Part shown: positions 1-10,618 of the stretch, one piece after another
Position numbering within the stretch: the first letter of the stretch is position 1
Layout: every line of letters starts with the position of its first letter
IMG/VR virus record: IMGVR_UViG_3300050134_000033
Source of the DNA: an uncultured virus (IMG/VR IMGVR_UViG_3300050134_000033)
Lineage: Duplodnaviria > Heunggongvirae > Uroviricota > Caudoviricetes
Length of the DNA stretch: 64,000 nt
Strand: one strand, 5' to 3'
Made by a program: the position numbers and the translations under genes
The notes under the pieces: model-generated
Databases searched by the model: none
What the model was told of the DNA's origin: nothing
Seen by the model: the letters and a program-made list of their open reading frames with translations, nothing else

Positions 1-156
1 CTGCTTGAAAAGGGGCTTACACGCAGGCGAGTATCGCCGCAAGCATCAGAAGACCGATACCCAGACCACCGTCCCACTCGCCCATCTTATTGCGACCGAA
101 GCTGAGTGCCAGTCCGAGGGTGCCGATGAAGCCAACGATTAAGATTGTCATGTTCA

Positions 157-189
157 ATTATACCCAAGCGGGCATCCCCATTCGATAGG
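157..189 (-). promoter_or_regulatory. Recurrent phage promoter
   Basis: CCTATC-N21-TATAAT-N5-ATG. Confidence 0.65.
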
Positions 190-213
190 AATGCCCGCCT
201 TTCTTTGGTAACG

Positions 214-633
214 TTACCCCCACACCGCCTCAATTTTCGTCTGCATGACATCACAGCCCAACAACGCCAGATAACGAAGCGTCGTTTTGATGCTGGAATG
301 CCCGAGTTGATTCGCCACGTCTACGATAGGGAATCCTGCCCGTAGAAGATGCGTGGCGTATGTGGCTCTAAATTTGTGCAACCAAGCATCGGCAGGGTCG
401 AGTCCCGCACGCATGGCTGTACGCTTCAAAGTACGAAGCAGGTGATTGTTGATGTGACCCTTCGCCGTGGGGAATACGAGATTGGAATCTCCGATGCGTG
501 GAAGCAATCGCAGGTTCTCAATCAACTGGCGGGGCACACGGACAATGCGTTCTTCCGAGTCCTTCGGGGTCCAGTTGCCATGAGTACGAATCTCAACTCC
601 CGTGTCGAGCAGGTTGTCGAAGGTCAAAGTCAT
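214..633 (-). pseudogene. Tyrosine recombinase/integrase, C-terminal fragment only
   Basis: Has HKFRATYAT, LGHSS and TTLRY (H-x-x-R, H, Y catalytic motifs). Lacks the N-terminal domain and the first catalytic Arg box. Confidence 0.75.
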
Positions 634-935
634 TTCTGTTCTTTCGTCCAGCCCGCAAAGCCGCAGCCAATCTGGGTGACCTTGAACCACTCCTCGCGAT
701 CCACGGCGGCTACCTGATCGGCGTACATCAAGAAGCACGATATGTAGAACTGGACTTTGCCGAACGGAATCTGCCAGCCCGGGCGACCCACGGGTACGTG
801 GCAAGTCGGGATACCGAAGCAGTTGCCCTGCGGCCCGAAGCCCTGATGCAGGATGGCTCCGTGTTGCTCACGGGCGACTTTTGCCGCCCCGCCGCCGTGG
901 ATGCCCTGCTCGTTGCTGCCGAATGTGAAGATCAT
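630..935 (-). CDS. Phage protein of the IFxFGSN...HGxGAA family (macro-domain-like), C-terminally truncated
   Basis: IFTFGSNEQGIHGGGAA, FGIPT and VTQIGCGFAG motifs. Ends abruptly at the integrase junction. Confidence 0.65.
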   Translation of the reverse strand: MIFTFGSNEQGIHGGGAAKVAREQHGAILHQGFGPQGNCFGIPTCHVPVGRPGWQIPFGKVQFYISCFLMYADQVAAVDREEWFKVTQIGCGFAGWTKEQK

Positions 936-2325
936 CGTGCTGTCTGCCTGTCGGTCACGATGTAAGGTTCGCGGTACATGGTCTGGCACTTGTCCAGTGC
1001 GTAGCCATCATTCGTGGCGATGGTGTGCCGGGGAGCCTTCTGCAACCGTTTCAGGAATTCCTTCGCTGAGGCGCTGCTGTAGACCCGCAGTCCGAGGGCG
1101 ACAATCATGAAGCCGCCGAAAATACCCACGATGCCGCTCGACCATGGACTGTCGAGGTAGGGCTGGAGAATGAATCCGTGCTGCGTTCCGACCATGACGA
1201 CGATTAGCGACCAGCAAACAGCCGCCACGATGAAGACCAAGAACAACAGTTTAGCTTTCACATTCGCCTCCCATGTTCAAAAGATAAGCCATCGCTTCCA
1301 CGACGGTCGGTGTGACGTTACGGTCGAGAGCAATCGCCGACATCAGTTTGTACCGCTTGGCGTAGTCCACTAGCTGGTGCTTGGAGCCACGACCAGCTTG
1401 GTACTCGAATTCCACCCACTCGACGCGGCGGTCAATAATGTCGAACGGATTGTCCTTGCTCTGCTTTGCTTTCATTCGCCTGCTCCAGCACTCTTGGCTT
1501 TGTCCTGTTCCCAACACGGCTTGCTGCTGGCAAACATCAGCGTGGCTTCCGTCGCCAGTATCGCCAGCACTTCCGCATCGGACAGTGGTTTTGGCTCGGG
1601 TTTCGGTACAGCGTCAAGCAGCCGATCCAAAAATTCGTTCATCTGTTTTTCGATTTCCCGATTGCTGACCTGTGAAGAAATTCTCGGGCCGAATTGCTGG
1701 CTCACGACGGACTTGCGAACTGGCGGTGCGACTGGCACTTCGTAGAACGAGGACAACGGAACCACAGTTTCCTCGCTTTTGCGTCGATCAGCTTTGCGCC
1801 GATCTTCCGCACGCCGTTCGTTTATTTCTTCAAGAAAAGGCATATTGTCCTCAGGCTGTCGCGTGCTTTCTGACAGGCTTACCCGTCGATGTCGTCAATT
1901 TCGCCAGCGTTGCAATCTCTTGCGGATACAGCCAGCCGCGTTTGGTGCCCAAGCTGAGCACTTTCAGGATGCCGACCGCTGCGATCAGAGGTTTCTTGCC
2001 GATGGGCGTGCCGTACAGGTAGAGAGCGGCCTTACGCAATTTCTTGGCGTAACGCGCCTGCCGTGCTTTCGCTCGACGTAATTCGTTTTTGGTCATACCA
2101 ACTCCAAAAGATGGACTGTGGCTCTTGCCGTGATGCGACCTGCGTTGGGGGCGGTGATTGGACGGAACTCCGTGCCCTTCACCCAGACGTGACCGCCAAG
2201 GTGATTGACACAAACGTAGAATGGTGTGCCGCGCTCTTTCTTGAAGGGTGCAACGGCAGAGGGCAGATCGTTGCCTTCGTAATCTACGCTGTCGTACCAA
2301 GTGCCAAGCTTAATTCTCATACCCC

Positions 2326-2357
2326 ATTATACCCAAACGGAGAGGTAAATCGATAGG
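2326..2357 (-). promoter_or_regulatory. Recurrent phage promoter
   Basis: CCTATC-N20-TATAAT-N5-ATG. Confidence 0.75.
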
Positions 2358-2377
2358 AATTATGCCTTTGTTTTCAA

Positions 2378-2920
2378 CTACTTGGGGGTCCACAAAGGGA
2401 GGTAGTCGAGGTAGCCCTGAACTTGCTCCTTGCTTACGGGCACCGTAGCGAATGCCGTGGTGACTTCGCCCTTGCATGGCTGGCTGCAACCGACGCAGTA
2501 AACAGCCGCGTTCGTGTCATTGAACTTGAAAGCCAGTACACCCGCGTGATCGCGAAGCAGGTTGTAAGCGTGCTCCAGTTCGAAGCTGTCGCGGCACGAG
2601 AGGATGATGGTTGTGATGGGTTCGTAAACGACCAAGCTGCCCAACGCACGAATCGCCTGCTTGAGTTTCTTCAAGCTGACGATGTTGGCGAAGCTGAGCA
2701 AATCCTTCACGGCGTCGATCACCATGTGGTGCCCCATGCGACGAACCGCGTGGCACGCCTGAGCCGCGAGGCGACCCGGAATCTGCACGATGTCGCGAGT
2801 CTTGTTGCCGCAGGGAACTCCAGAGAGACGGACGAGGCGTTGACCGACGATTGTAGTCGTCGTCGGGTGCTGGACAGTCTCCGCGACCACAACGTAGATT
2901 ATTTTTTCTTCGGTGACCAA
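2378..2920 (-). CDS. Peptidyl-tRNA hydrolase Pth2-like protein
   Basis: YVVV...PGRLAAQACHA...TIIL...TTAFA...YLPLW fits the PTH2 family layout. Confidence 0.7.
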   Translation of the reverse strand: MVTEEKIIYVVVAETVQHPTTTTIVGQRLVRLSGVPCGNKTRDIVQIPGRLAAQACHAVRRMGHHMVIDAVKDLLSFANIVSLKKLKQAIRALGSLVVYEPITTIILSCRDSFELEHAYNLLRDHAGVLAFKFNDTNAAVYCVGCSQPCKGEVTTAFATVPVSKEQVQGYLDYLPLWTPK

Positions 2921-3164
2921 AATTCACGCTCCTTGTCGTTCGCCTTTTTGTAGTCGTCGATGATCTTGTACAGGTCTTTAGTCAGCTTCCGCAGCTTTGT
3001 CGCCCTGCAATCGAACGGGGCGATTGGGCTCCCACGCAGGCCATGCCCTTCGCCGAGGTTGAAGCCGACGTTATCTTTGCAGCCCACACAAAGGTTGCCA
3101 GCCTCGATATGCAAGAGAGCGGCGAGGGCTTCCAACGCGGCGGTGTCGATATAGCGTGACTGTT

Positions 3165-3717
3165 TCATTTGATTTTGTAGGTCTGGATCACGGCGTTTAT
3201 CTTCGACATGATGTCGTCGTTTTCCTTGGATATGGGAACGACTCCCTCGAACTCTATCACGCTGTGACTCTTGGTGTCCAGCTTATCACCAGCGAAAGAC
3301 CATCTGCCGATCACAAAGTCCCTGCCCTTGTCGTTTTGTGCGGTGTAGGCGAACAGCACGCCGTACTCGTCGCCCGCTTGGTATTCCTTCATGGAGAGAG
3401 TTGCCACGCCTTTTTCATCCTGAGTTTTGGCTATGCGGCTGGCGATTATACCAGCCGCGTCCATCTCGTCCGTCGCTGGGATGATCGTCACATTCAGGGC
3501 TACGTCTGCACGCGGTGCCTTGTCTTTATCCATCAGGAGGAGCACCTGCGAGTCGTCCATTGTCCCCAGCTTCCAGACGGTGGGGTCGTACTGCACGCTC
3601 GCGGTTGGGGTGACTTGCCAGACCGCCAGCTTTGGGACACCGGGCGACGGTTTAGCAGTCTGGGCAATCAGGCTGACGGCGAGCAAGAGCAAGGGCAACA
3701 GGGCGAGTTTTCTCATG
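3165..3717 (-). CDS. Secreted hypothetical protein
   Basis: Signal peptide MRKLALLPLLLLAVSLIA. Confidence 0.6.
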
Positions 3718-6102
3718 CGATCACATCCAGCGGTAGTCCCGCTTGTTCTACGCGATCCCGCACGCCCGGGTAGCAGTAAGCGTACCACGGATTCTCCGTG
3801 CGGTTGTCGGGTTCGTACATGATCGCCCGCTTGTGGTTGGGGTTGATCTCAACCAGTTCGATCTTCTCCTCGGGCTTGGTCTCGGTGATGATCGCAGGCC
3901 CCTTATCACGGTCGTAAGAGTAGCCGTGCTTCACGAGCAGAGCGTTCAGTTGCTCGTAGGAGTTCATCTGATCGGCGGCACGCCACACGCAGCGACCATC
4001 CTTCTCGGCTTTCTCCACGTACTTGAGAAGCACCCGATGCGTTGCCTGAGCCTCAGTGGTATCCTTGAAAATCCACATGAGTTCGTTCGATTCGCCCTGT
4101 GTTCCGGGCTCGAACGCATGGCGGCGGGTACAGCCGAAGTAATACAGGCCGCGCTCCAAGTCCTTCTCGGTGACCCTATCGTTTTTGATCTCCCGCAACA
4201 GAGCGGTGAACGACACGAATAATTTACGGTTCATCGGGGTTTCCTTTTCATCTCTTTTCGGTACGCCTCTGGCTGACACTCAGGGCAGGGGACCGCCCGT
4301 AACGGGTGCTTGGGGTCGGCTGTGCCGATGATCGCGTTCTTGCTGCCGCCGCAGTACACGCAGCGACGACGAACGTCAGGAATCGCCAGCCTCTTCGCCG
4401 CCGTCATGATGAAGTGCCGCAGGTCCGCGCTGTTCTCGATCAGCCCATAGGACGTGTTCCTGCCCGTATGGAAGTTGATGCAGGCGGTCTTGCCCTTGCC
4501 GATGACCTTGAGGACGCCGCCCTCGCTAGTTTCGATTCTGACTGGCCGTTCGCGCACGTTTCCCCCTTGCTTTGATTGCCGCATTGAGCAACTCGGCATT
4601 CGCCAGCGTGTCGAGTAATTGGATGGCGAGTTCGAAGTTGTTCATCACGTAGTCGTGGTCGGATTCCATGTATCCCGCCATCGTCTCGTGTTCCCTACGC
4701 GGGCGTATTTTCAGGTTTGACATCTGTAATCTTCACTTTCCAGCCGTTTGCTTCGCAGAAACCCAGAACGGTGTCTGCGCTCACGTTCGTGAAGAAGCAA
4801 TCGGCCCAATGGTGCTCGTTACCCTCGAAAATGTCCCCGTCTTCCACGACTATCCACATAATGGTTGCTCCCCACACAGGATGTCCAGAGCCAGTTCCGC
4901 CAGCCCTTTCCGTACCGCGTCGAGGCTCCGGTCCTTAGCGCCCCGCCCGAACCTATTCTCGATCACGATCATCGGGTACGTGTCGCCCGCGATAGCCGCC
5001 TTGAGCACGTCAATCGCTGCCGTGGTCCGCTTCGCCAGATCGTCCATTAGTCTTTCCCCAAGCATCGCCAGCAGGCTTTGACGTTGAAGTTGCCAATGCG
5101 ATTCTCGCCGAACGGAATATCGTGCACAATGCAGCGATTCCCCTCGGGCACACCGCCCGCTTTCTGTGCCTCGGCGAATGCGATCTCTTTCTTGGTCGCC
5201 AGCCGTTGGACACCGAACCCGCCCGTGTGCATGATGGGTTTCTTCTCGCGCCACTTTGATACCTCATGAGCGCGATACTTCTGGGGGCTGTTAAAATTCC
5301 ACGACGCCCTCACCCACTGCCCCGCAGGGTCGATCTCGATGATCTTGATGGCGAATGCGGAGGTCGTCCGCAGGGTGGTGTTGCCCATGCCCCGGCGTTC
5401 CAGATTGTAGACCGTCTGCCCGACCTGTAGCTTCTCGATCTTCACTAGCAGCCTCCCATGGCTTCGTGCTCAGCGGTATGAATGGCTTCGATGTCGTCCT
5501 CTTCGGCTTCGGTCTCGAAGCCGTACAGGTATCGCATCCGGTCTGCCAGCCATTTTGCACTGCTGGTGTGGACGCTTTCGTAAAGCTTCTGGTAGGTCAT
5601 GATACCACAACCTTTCGCTTGAACCAACCGAAGTTCAGACCGTAGGGCTCGAACTCGATCTCGTCACCTACCTGAACATTATCCTCAGGGCCTGCGATGA
5701 CGTGGAAGTTCGGGCTCTTGCCGTACAGGAGAACTCGGTCTCCCTGATCGTCCACTCGGCTGACATTGATGAATTTGCTCATAAATTTGCTGGCGGCTCT
5801 CGTATTAACGACCTTCGCTCTTATCTCGTGGAACGGTCATGCACGCGACCAGCTTAGTTAATCGAATAGTCCCCACTCCTCAGCTTGCTCCTCGGTGATC
5901 CCGAGTTCAGCACGGGCAAGTTGCGACTGTCGTGCGTTGTACCGACCAACCTCACAACCCCCATTGTGAGCGGAGACAAGAGCCCGCTTGATTTCAGCGA
6001 GAATCTCCTTAGCGACTTGCGGAGGGACATTCGCTCGTATTTTTTTCGCCAACTCTTTTGATACCGTCGTTCTTATCTCCATATCCTCTCCCTCAAATCT
6101 GC

Positions 6103-6247
6103 GTAGGGCGGTTCGGCTTCTAACCGTTCCTTCCCGCATCACCTGCGAGTGCTTGTCGCTAAGCCCTCCCCGCTGCTACAGGGTGTCGTCTTCCGTGGGC
6201 CGCTCTGTTGCGGAACCCGCCCTACCGCCGCACCAGTTAGGGTGCGG
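6103..6247 (-). ncRNA. Candidate structured intergenic RNA
   Basis: A 9-bp closing stem GTAGGGCGG/CCGCCCTAC encloses several hairpins. It is preceded by a CCGCACC/GGTGCGG hairpin. Confidence 0.5.
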
Positions 6248-6508
6248 TCTCTTCTCGTCAATTCTTAGCGATCAACTCTACCCGAGCAACAGATCGCCAG
6301 TCTGAATCTGGCGCTGTGCTCCCTGCTGAAAATCCGTTGTCGTAGGTCTTGACCTTGAAGCCAATCCAGTTGACGGGGGCGAACCAACGCTTGCCAGCAT
6401 AGTCGTTTCCGACAGCGGCAAGGGAGGAGCCTCCGCTCTTCCAGAAAATGCGGTACACGCCCAAAGGTAGTTTCTGAACGGCTTCTCTTGTCATAGCTCC
6501 TCAAATTC

Positions 6509-6617
6509 TTTGCAGGACCGTCTTCGAGACGGCACCTTCCCGACTTTTACGCGACCCGGCAGCCTTCGTTGGCAAGCCGAGGAACATCGGGTGTTCTCAA
6601 GTTAAACTACCCGCAAG
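6509..6617 (-). ncRNA. tRNA-like RNA with an expanded anticodon arm
   Basis: Acceptor TTGCGGG/CCTGCAA, D arm GTTT/GAAC, stem CCCGA/TCGGG with an insert of about 43 nt, T arm GCCGT-CTCGAAG-ACGGT. No CCA. Confidence 0.55.
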
Positions 6618-6896
6618 CCTTTTATCGTCCCGTGACGGTAATCCGTTGGAGATTATCTTTCTTTCGCCGGGGAGCACGACCTGTCATGATGCTGATACGG
6701 CCGGTGCCCGCTCTCGCTGCTAACTGCAACGCATCACTCAGTCGAAGTGCTTGGGCGGCGGAAGAGAACACAATTGCTACGCATTTATCCGTCCGCGACA
6801 AGCTAGATTGGAACGCATCCCCAAAATACAGATTCTTTGCCATAACTCCTCCTCAGAGCCTAATCGTGAACCGTGCTTCAATCGCAGTATGGCTTC

Positions 6897-7041
6897 GTCG
6901 TGGCGATGACACTGCCGCTTTACACCCCCGCTTTACACACGGTCCACAAGTCTTAGTGGCGGGCGCTACTTGCGTCTGCGTGGGCACTCACTGCCGACTG
7001 CGCCAGACTTAGTGCAACCCTTGCGGGTACGCACGCCACGA
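6897..7041 (-). ncRNA. Candidate multi-stem ncRNA downstream of Ku
   Basis: Closing stem TCGTGGCG/CGCCACGA, GCAA tetraloop hairpins, GGCGC/GCGCC stem and tandem GTGTAAAGCGG. Confidence 0.5.
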
Positions 7042-7045
7042 ACTT

Positions 7046-8062
7046 TTACTTGCCAGCAGCCCTCGCGTTGCTCAGGGCCTTCTTCAAGCTACCCATCAGA
7101 TCGACAGTCGCCTTCGGCGCGGCATCGGGCTTCACGGCGGCGATAGTTACGCCAGCGGCTTTCGCCTTGATTAGTTTGCGAACGCCCTGCAAATACGGGT
7201 CAACCGCCGCTGGCGCGAACTTCACTGTCTTGGCTTCTATCAGGCCCGCCATCACCTGAACCAACTCGGGGTTCGCATCGCCCTGCGGAATCTTGTCGCA
7301 CTCTCGGACCTCGTACTCCGCGAACAGGTAGTGCATCATGAGCACCCTGCCCTCGGGACGGAGAATGAAAGACTGCTCACGTCCGCTCTTGATGCGAATG
7401 CCACGACCGAACCTGTTCTGCACCTTGAGGGCATCGACCAGTGCGAGGTAGGGCTCTTCCACACCCTCTTCGGGTACGATGTATTCCGAACTCTCGACGT
7501 AGGTCATGCTGACTTCGGTGGGGTCCACAAACTCGGTCAGCTTCATCGTCTTGTCGCCCATGGCGGGCTTCATGGTAGCCATTTCTTCGTCGCTCAGTAG
7601 GACGAAAGTGTTCTTCGTGGTCTCGACGCCCTTCACGATGGTTTCAGCGGGGACGTTGCAGGTCGGGCAGGTCATTTTGCCCCGCTTCAATTGGCAGCCA
7701 CACAGACGCATCTTCGGGGTCATGTGCACCGTTACGCCGTCCGCTTCAAACCCGTCCTCCTCCATCACAGGCTTGCCGTCTACAATGACGGGCACCATGC
7801 CGTGAAGTTGGTTGCGTTCGATTTTGTCCACGTCGGTTGCGACGTAACCACGAATGGGGATGATACACAGGCCGTCAAACGCAATCAGGTGACCCTTAAA
7901 CCCGGCAACCTTGGTGACTTTCTTGGAGGGCACGGGAATGTCTTCGATGCCCTCGATGGCGGACTTGTTCAATAGGGAACTGAGTTGGGTGCTTAGGGCT
8001 TCGACGGAGGGCTTTGCTTCGACCGCCGCTTCGACTACGGGTGCCAGCTTTGCTTTTGCCAT
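7046..8062 (-). CDS. ku: Ku (NHEJ DNA end-binding) homologue
   Basis: FKGHLIAFDGLCIIPIRGYVAT, NQLH, IVKGVE, EFVDPTEV, LMMHYLFAEYEVR and VDLMGSLKKAL match prokaryotic Ku. Confidence 0.85.
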   Translation of the reverse strand: MAKAKLAPVVEAAVEAKPSVEALSTQLSSLLNKSAIEGIEDIPVPSKKVTKVAGFKGHLIAFDGLCIIPIRGYVATDVDKIERNQLHGMVPVIVDGKPVMEEDGFEADGVTVHMTPKMRLCGCQLKRGKMTCPTCNVPAETIVKGVETTKNTFVLLSDEEMATMKPAMGDKTMKLTEFVDPTEVSMTYVESSEYIVPEEGVEEPYLALVDALKVQNRFGRGIRIKSGREQSFILRPEGRVLMMHYLFAEYEVRECDKIPQGDANPELVQVMAGLIEAKTVKFAPAAVDPYLQGVRKLIKAKAAGVTIAAVKPDAAPKATVDLMGSLKKALSNARAAGK

Positions 8063-8068
8063 GTCCCT

Positions 8069-8100
8069 ATTATACCAACCTTTCTTGGAAAAACGGTAGC
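8069..8100 (-). promoter_or_regulatory. Recurrent phage promoter (ku)
   Basis: GCTACC-N20-TATAAT-N6-ATG. Confidence 0.75.
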
Positions 8101-8103
8101 TTT

Positions 8104-9051
8104 TTAGCCGTTATTTTCAGCGCCATCCAATAACCACTCGGTTGACATGAAACCACTGTCCGTCGCAGCCAGCCTGTCCAAAATTAGGGACATAGCCGCA
8201 TCCGACTCTTCGTACAGTGGACGATCTACAATCCACCCCGCTCGACGTAATTCGTTTGCGGAATCCTCGCGAGAGCGATCCATGGGTGATAAATGTACTA
8301 CTCGCAGCCATTCAGCCATGCTCGCTTTTTCTTCTTCCCGCTCAGTGGGCGTCTGCCTCGCCAGCCTATTCGCCGCACGGACTGCGACACTACGACGAGC
8401 CCACTCTTTTCTTTCTTCTGGTGAAGCTACGTGGAGCCCGTACCGACCGTGCGGAGCCCGTACCGACCGCTGGAGTCGATTTGTGGCGTTACGTTCTCGC
8501 ATTGCAGTTTGTTTTTCATCTAACGGTGAGGGACTTTTCTTGGGCTGTAATTTCGTGGTCTCTTCCGCCGCTTCCAACATCCCTGCGAATTCTATTGGGG
8601 TGGGTTTGTAAAATTCGGGAGCCCCCAAACCCGCCCAATAGTTTTCTCCGTCTTTCTGTAGCCACTCGTCGGCGGATAATAATGTCCCCGCTGCCAACTC
8701 TGATTTGGGTATCGTGCCGTTGACAAACGCTGTAATCAAGGTGCGGTCATCATTCACTGGAAGTATCTTGATCCGTTTGTGTTGCTTGGCGGTGAGATCG
8801 CCGAAGGGAATTTCGGCCTCTGCCCGCAAAGTGTCGAGGATCGATTGGGCGGACGCCTGAGGAGGGGGATTCAGCACCAGTTGCATGAGCGAAAAACAGA
8901 GATCGGCATAGTAGGCGTTTTCCAGCGCCTTCCAATCTTTGCTTGAAAATTGTTTTCTCTTGGGCACATATTCCCGCCCATCCCTAATGACGGTGCCCTC
9001 GCTGAGCACCTGAGCGTCCAGCTTTGCGGTCTTTGTCCCTGTCGCATTCAT
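8104..9051 (-). CDS. Hypothetical protein (leaderless)
   Basis: 315-aa ORF with ATG 6 nt after TATAAT. Confidence 0.65.
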   Translation of the reverse strand: MNATGTKTAKLDAQVLSEGTVIRDGREYVPKRKQFSSKDWKALENAYYADLCFSLMQLVLNPPPQASAQSILDTLRAEAEIPFGDLTAKQHKRIKILPVNDDRTLITAFVNGTIPKSELAAGTLLSADEWLQKDGENYWAGLGAPEFYKPTPIEFAGMLEAAEETTKLQPKKSPSPLDEKQTAMRERNATNRLQRSVRAPHGRYGLHVASPEERKEWARRSVAVRAANRLARQTPTEREEEKASMAEWLRVVHLSPMDRSREDSANELRRAGWIVDRPLYEESDAAMSLILDRLAATDSGFMSTEWLLDGAENNG

Positions 9052-9057
9052 ACCCCT

Positions 9058-9089
9058 ATTATACCCAAAAGAGCGGCGAAATCGGTAGG
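9058..9089 (-). promoter_or_regulatory. Recurrent phage promoter
   Basis: CCTACC-N20-TATAAT-N6-ATG. Confidence 0.75.
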
Positions 9090-9098
9090 AATTTGTGA

Positions 9099-9947
9099 CT
9101 ATATTTGGTTTGTTTTCAATGGGTTATTACGCACTTCTTCGAGTAGGGTATTTAACCTTCGCGGATCAACGAGGTCTTTTGGAAAGATCGATACGAGCCG
9201 AACTCCGTGTCGCGCCAAAAGCTTCTGTTTTTCGTTCGTTTTTGTATCATACGCCGCGTTCCCCGTCAATCCAAAGTATTCAATAAACACGCCGAAGACA
9301 TCGAAATCGGCTCTAAAATTTCCCTCGGGATAGGCGGGTTCTTTTTTGTGAGGTATTCCTAGAGCGAAGAGAGCGTCATCGATCATTTTCTCTCCCAAGG
9401 AAAGACATACATGTCCGTCCTTTGCGAGACATCGAATTCCACGGCCCATCTGCTGTGCTCCCCCATCAAGTACCCCCGCAACTACAAGAGCCCGAAACCA
9501 AGAACCGAAAATTACTTTCACACGTCGTACCGTGGGTCTTCGTTCTAGCACCTTTAACAAGGCCAATCTTTCTTGTGGGTTCAATCCTCGAAGATCATAC
9601 CGCCTCTCGCCGAACCCTTGATGAGGAGGAATTCGATCCAACACTTTTGTCAAATCGCAAATATAGCTCAATATCTGCGCTTTTGAACAAGAATTGTTGC
9701 CTGTGGTATTATAGCAGGTTCGACTTATGCAGCAAAGACAAAAATCAACCTGATTTCCCAAAATCTCCGCGACATCCCACGGCGGAAGAGACTCCTCAAG
9801 AAATAAACTACCGCAGAGAAGACAGGTTCTTTCAGGGCGGAACGGGTAGTGCATTCGTTGTGCGAGTCGGACATTCTCCTGCTCCGCTTTAATCACCGCA
9901 CGCTCTATGCGTTGTTGAAGTTGCGTCATACCAACCCCGCCATACAA
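9099..9947 (-). CDS. Putative PD-(D/E)XK endonuclease with a homing-endonuclease-associated repeat
   Basis: FGSWFRALVVAG repeat, then DGHVCLSLGEKMIDD...RADF...IEYFG. Lower GC than its neighbours. Confidence 0.6.
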   Translation of the reverse strand: MYGGVGMTQLQQRIERAVIKAEQENVRLAQRMHYPFRPERTCLLCGSLFLEESLPPWDVAEILGNQVDFCLCCISRTCYNTTGNNSCSKAQILSYICDLTKVLDRIPPHQGFGERRYDLRGLNPQERLALLKVLERRPTVRRVKVIFGSWFRALVVAGVLDGGAQQMGRGIRCLAKDGHVCLSLGEKMIDDALFALGIPHKKEPAYPEGNFRADFDVFGVFIEYFGLTGNAAYDTKTNEKQKLLARHGVRLVSIFPKDLVDPRRLNTLLEEVRNNPLKTNQI

Positions 9948-10618
9948 AACTCACAACCCGCTTTGACAAAGCCCTTGTTGACGTGCCAACGGGTGTGCCG
10001 CCCCTTGGGTCCACCGCGACGACCGCCTCTAGCGCAATCTTCCTTAGACCCAAAAAGCGGATGTCCCTTCAAAGCTTCGGAAATTTTATCATTGTGGGTT
10101 TCGGAGTTCGTCTGACCCAGACGGTGCCGGTTGCCGAGGTTGGCTTCCCGCAACTTCTGGTTGTGTGCTTCGGAGTTTTTCAAGCCGAGTCGAGCCTGAT
10201 TCCCCATCTTTGCCACGCTGAGGTTTGCTTTGTGCCCCTCGGTAAGAACTTTTCCCCTTCCAGCACGCCCTCCCACCGCACTCATACCTGCGTCTATGTA
10301 TCGTGCCCGACTACGATTAAATTTGTTTGGAGTTCGAAAAGTGCCATAGGTGTTACACACGTCCATCCATTGATCCTCACGGGCTATACTTGCACTCAAA
10401 GCCGTAGGTTTGGTTTCCGCTACAAACGCCTCTAAGATTTCAACGGGTCCGAATACCTCACGTCCATACCGCTTGATTGCACGGTCGAATGGGATGTCAC
10501 TTCTGCTGGAATGAGCCCGATCCCGTTTCTCAGGGTCAAAAGATGAACCGACGTAGGCGTAGAGCCCCGTATAAGGACCCCGTACCCATTTGTAGGCGTA
10601 AATGAAGCGGATAGTCAT
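9926..10618 (-). CDS. GIY-YIG/NUMOD3-type homing endonuclease
   Basis: FIYAY...AYVGSS...R..H, followed by NSEAHNQKL/NSETHNDKIS repeats. Confidence 0.7.
   Translation of the reverse strand: MTIRFIYAYKWVRGPYTGLYAYVGSSFDPEKRDRAHSSRSDIPFDRAIKRYGREVFGPVEILEAFVAETKPTALSASIAREDQWMDVCNTYGTFRTPNKFNRSRARYIDAGMSAVGGRAGRGKVLTEGHKANLSVAKMGNQARLGLKNSEAHNQKLREANLGNRHRLGQTNSETHNDKISEALKGHPLFGSKEDCARGGRRGGPKGRHTRWHVNKGFVKAGCEFCMAGLV

Noticed and set aside
214..804. Intact integrase marking a prophage boundary
   Set aside because: The catalytic N-terminal part is missing, no att repeat is seen, and phage-type genes and promoters continue on both sides.
6509..6617. tmRNA or group I intron-containing tRNA
   Set aside because: The insert is far too short, with no tag ORF or intron core.
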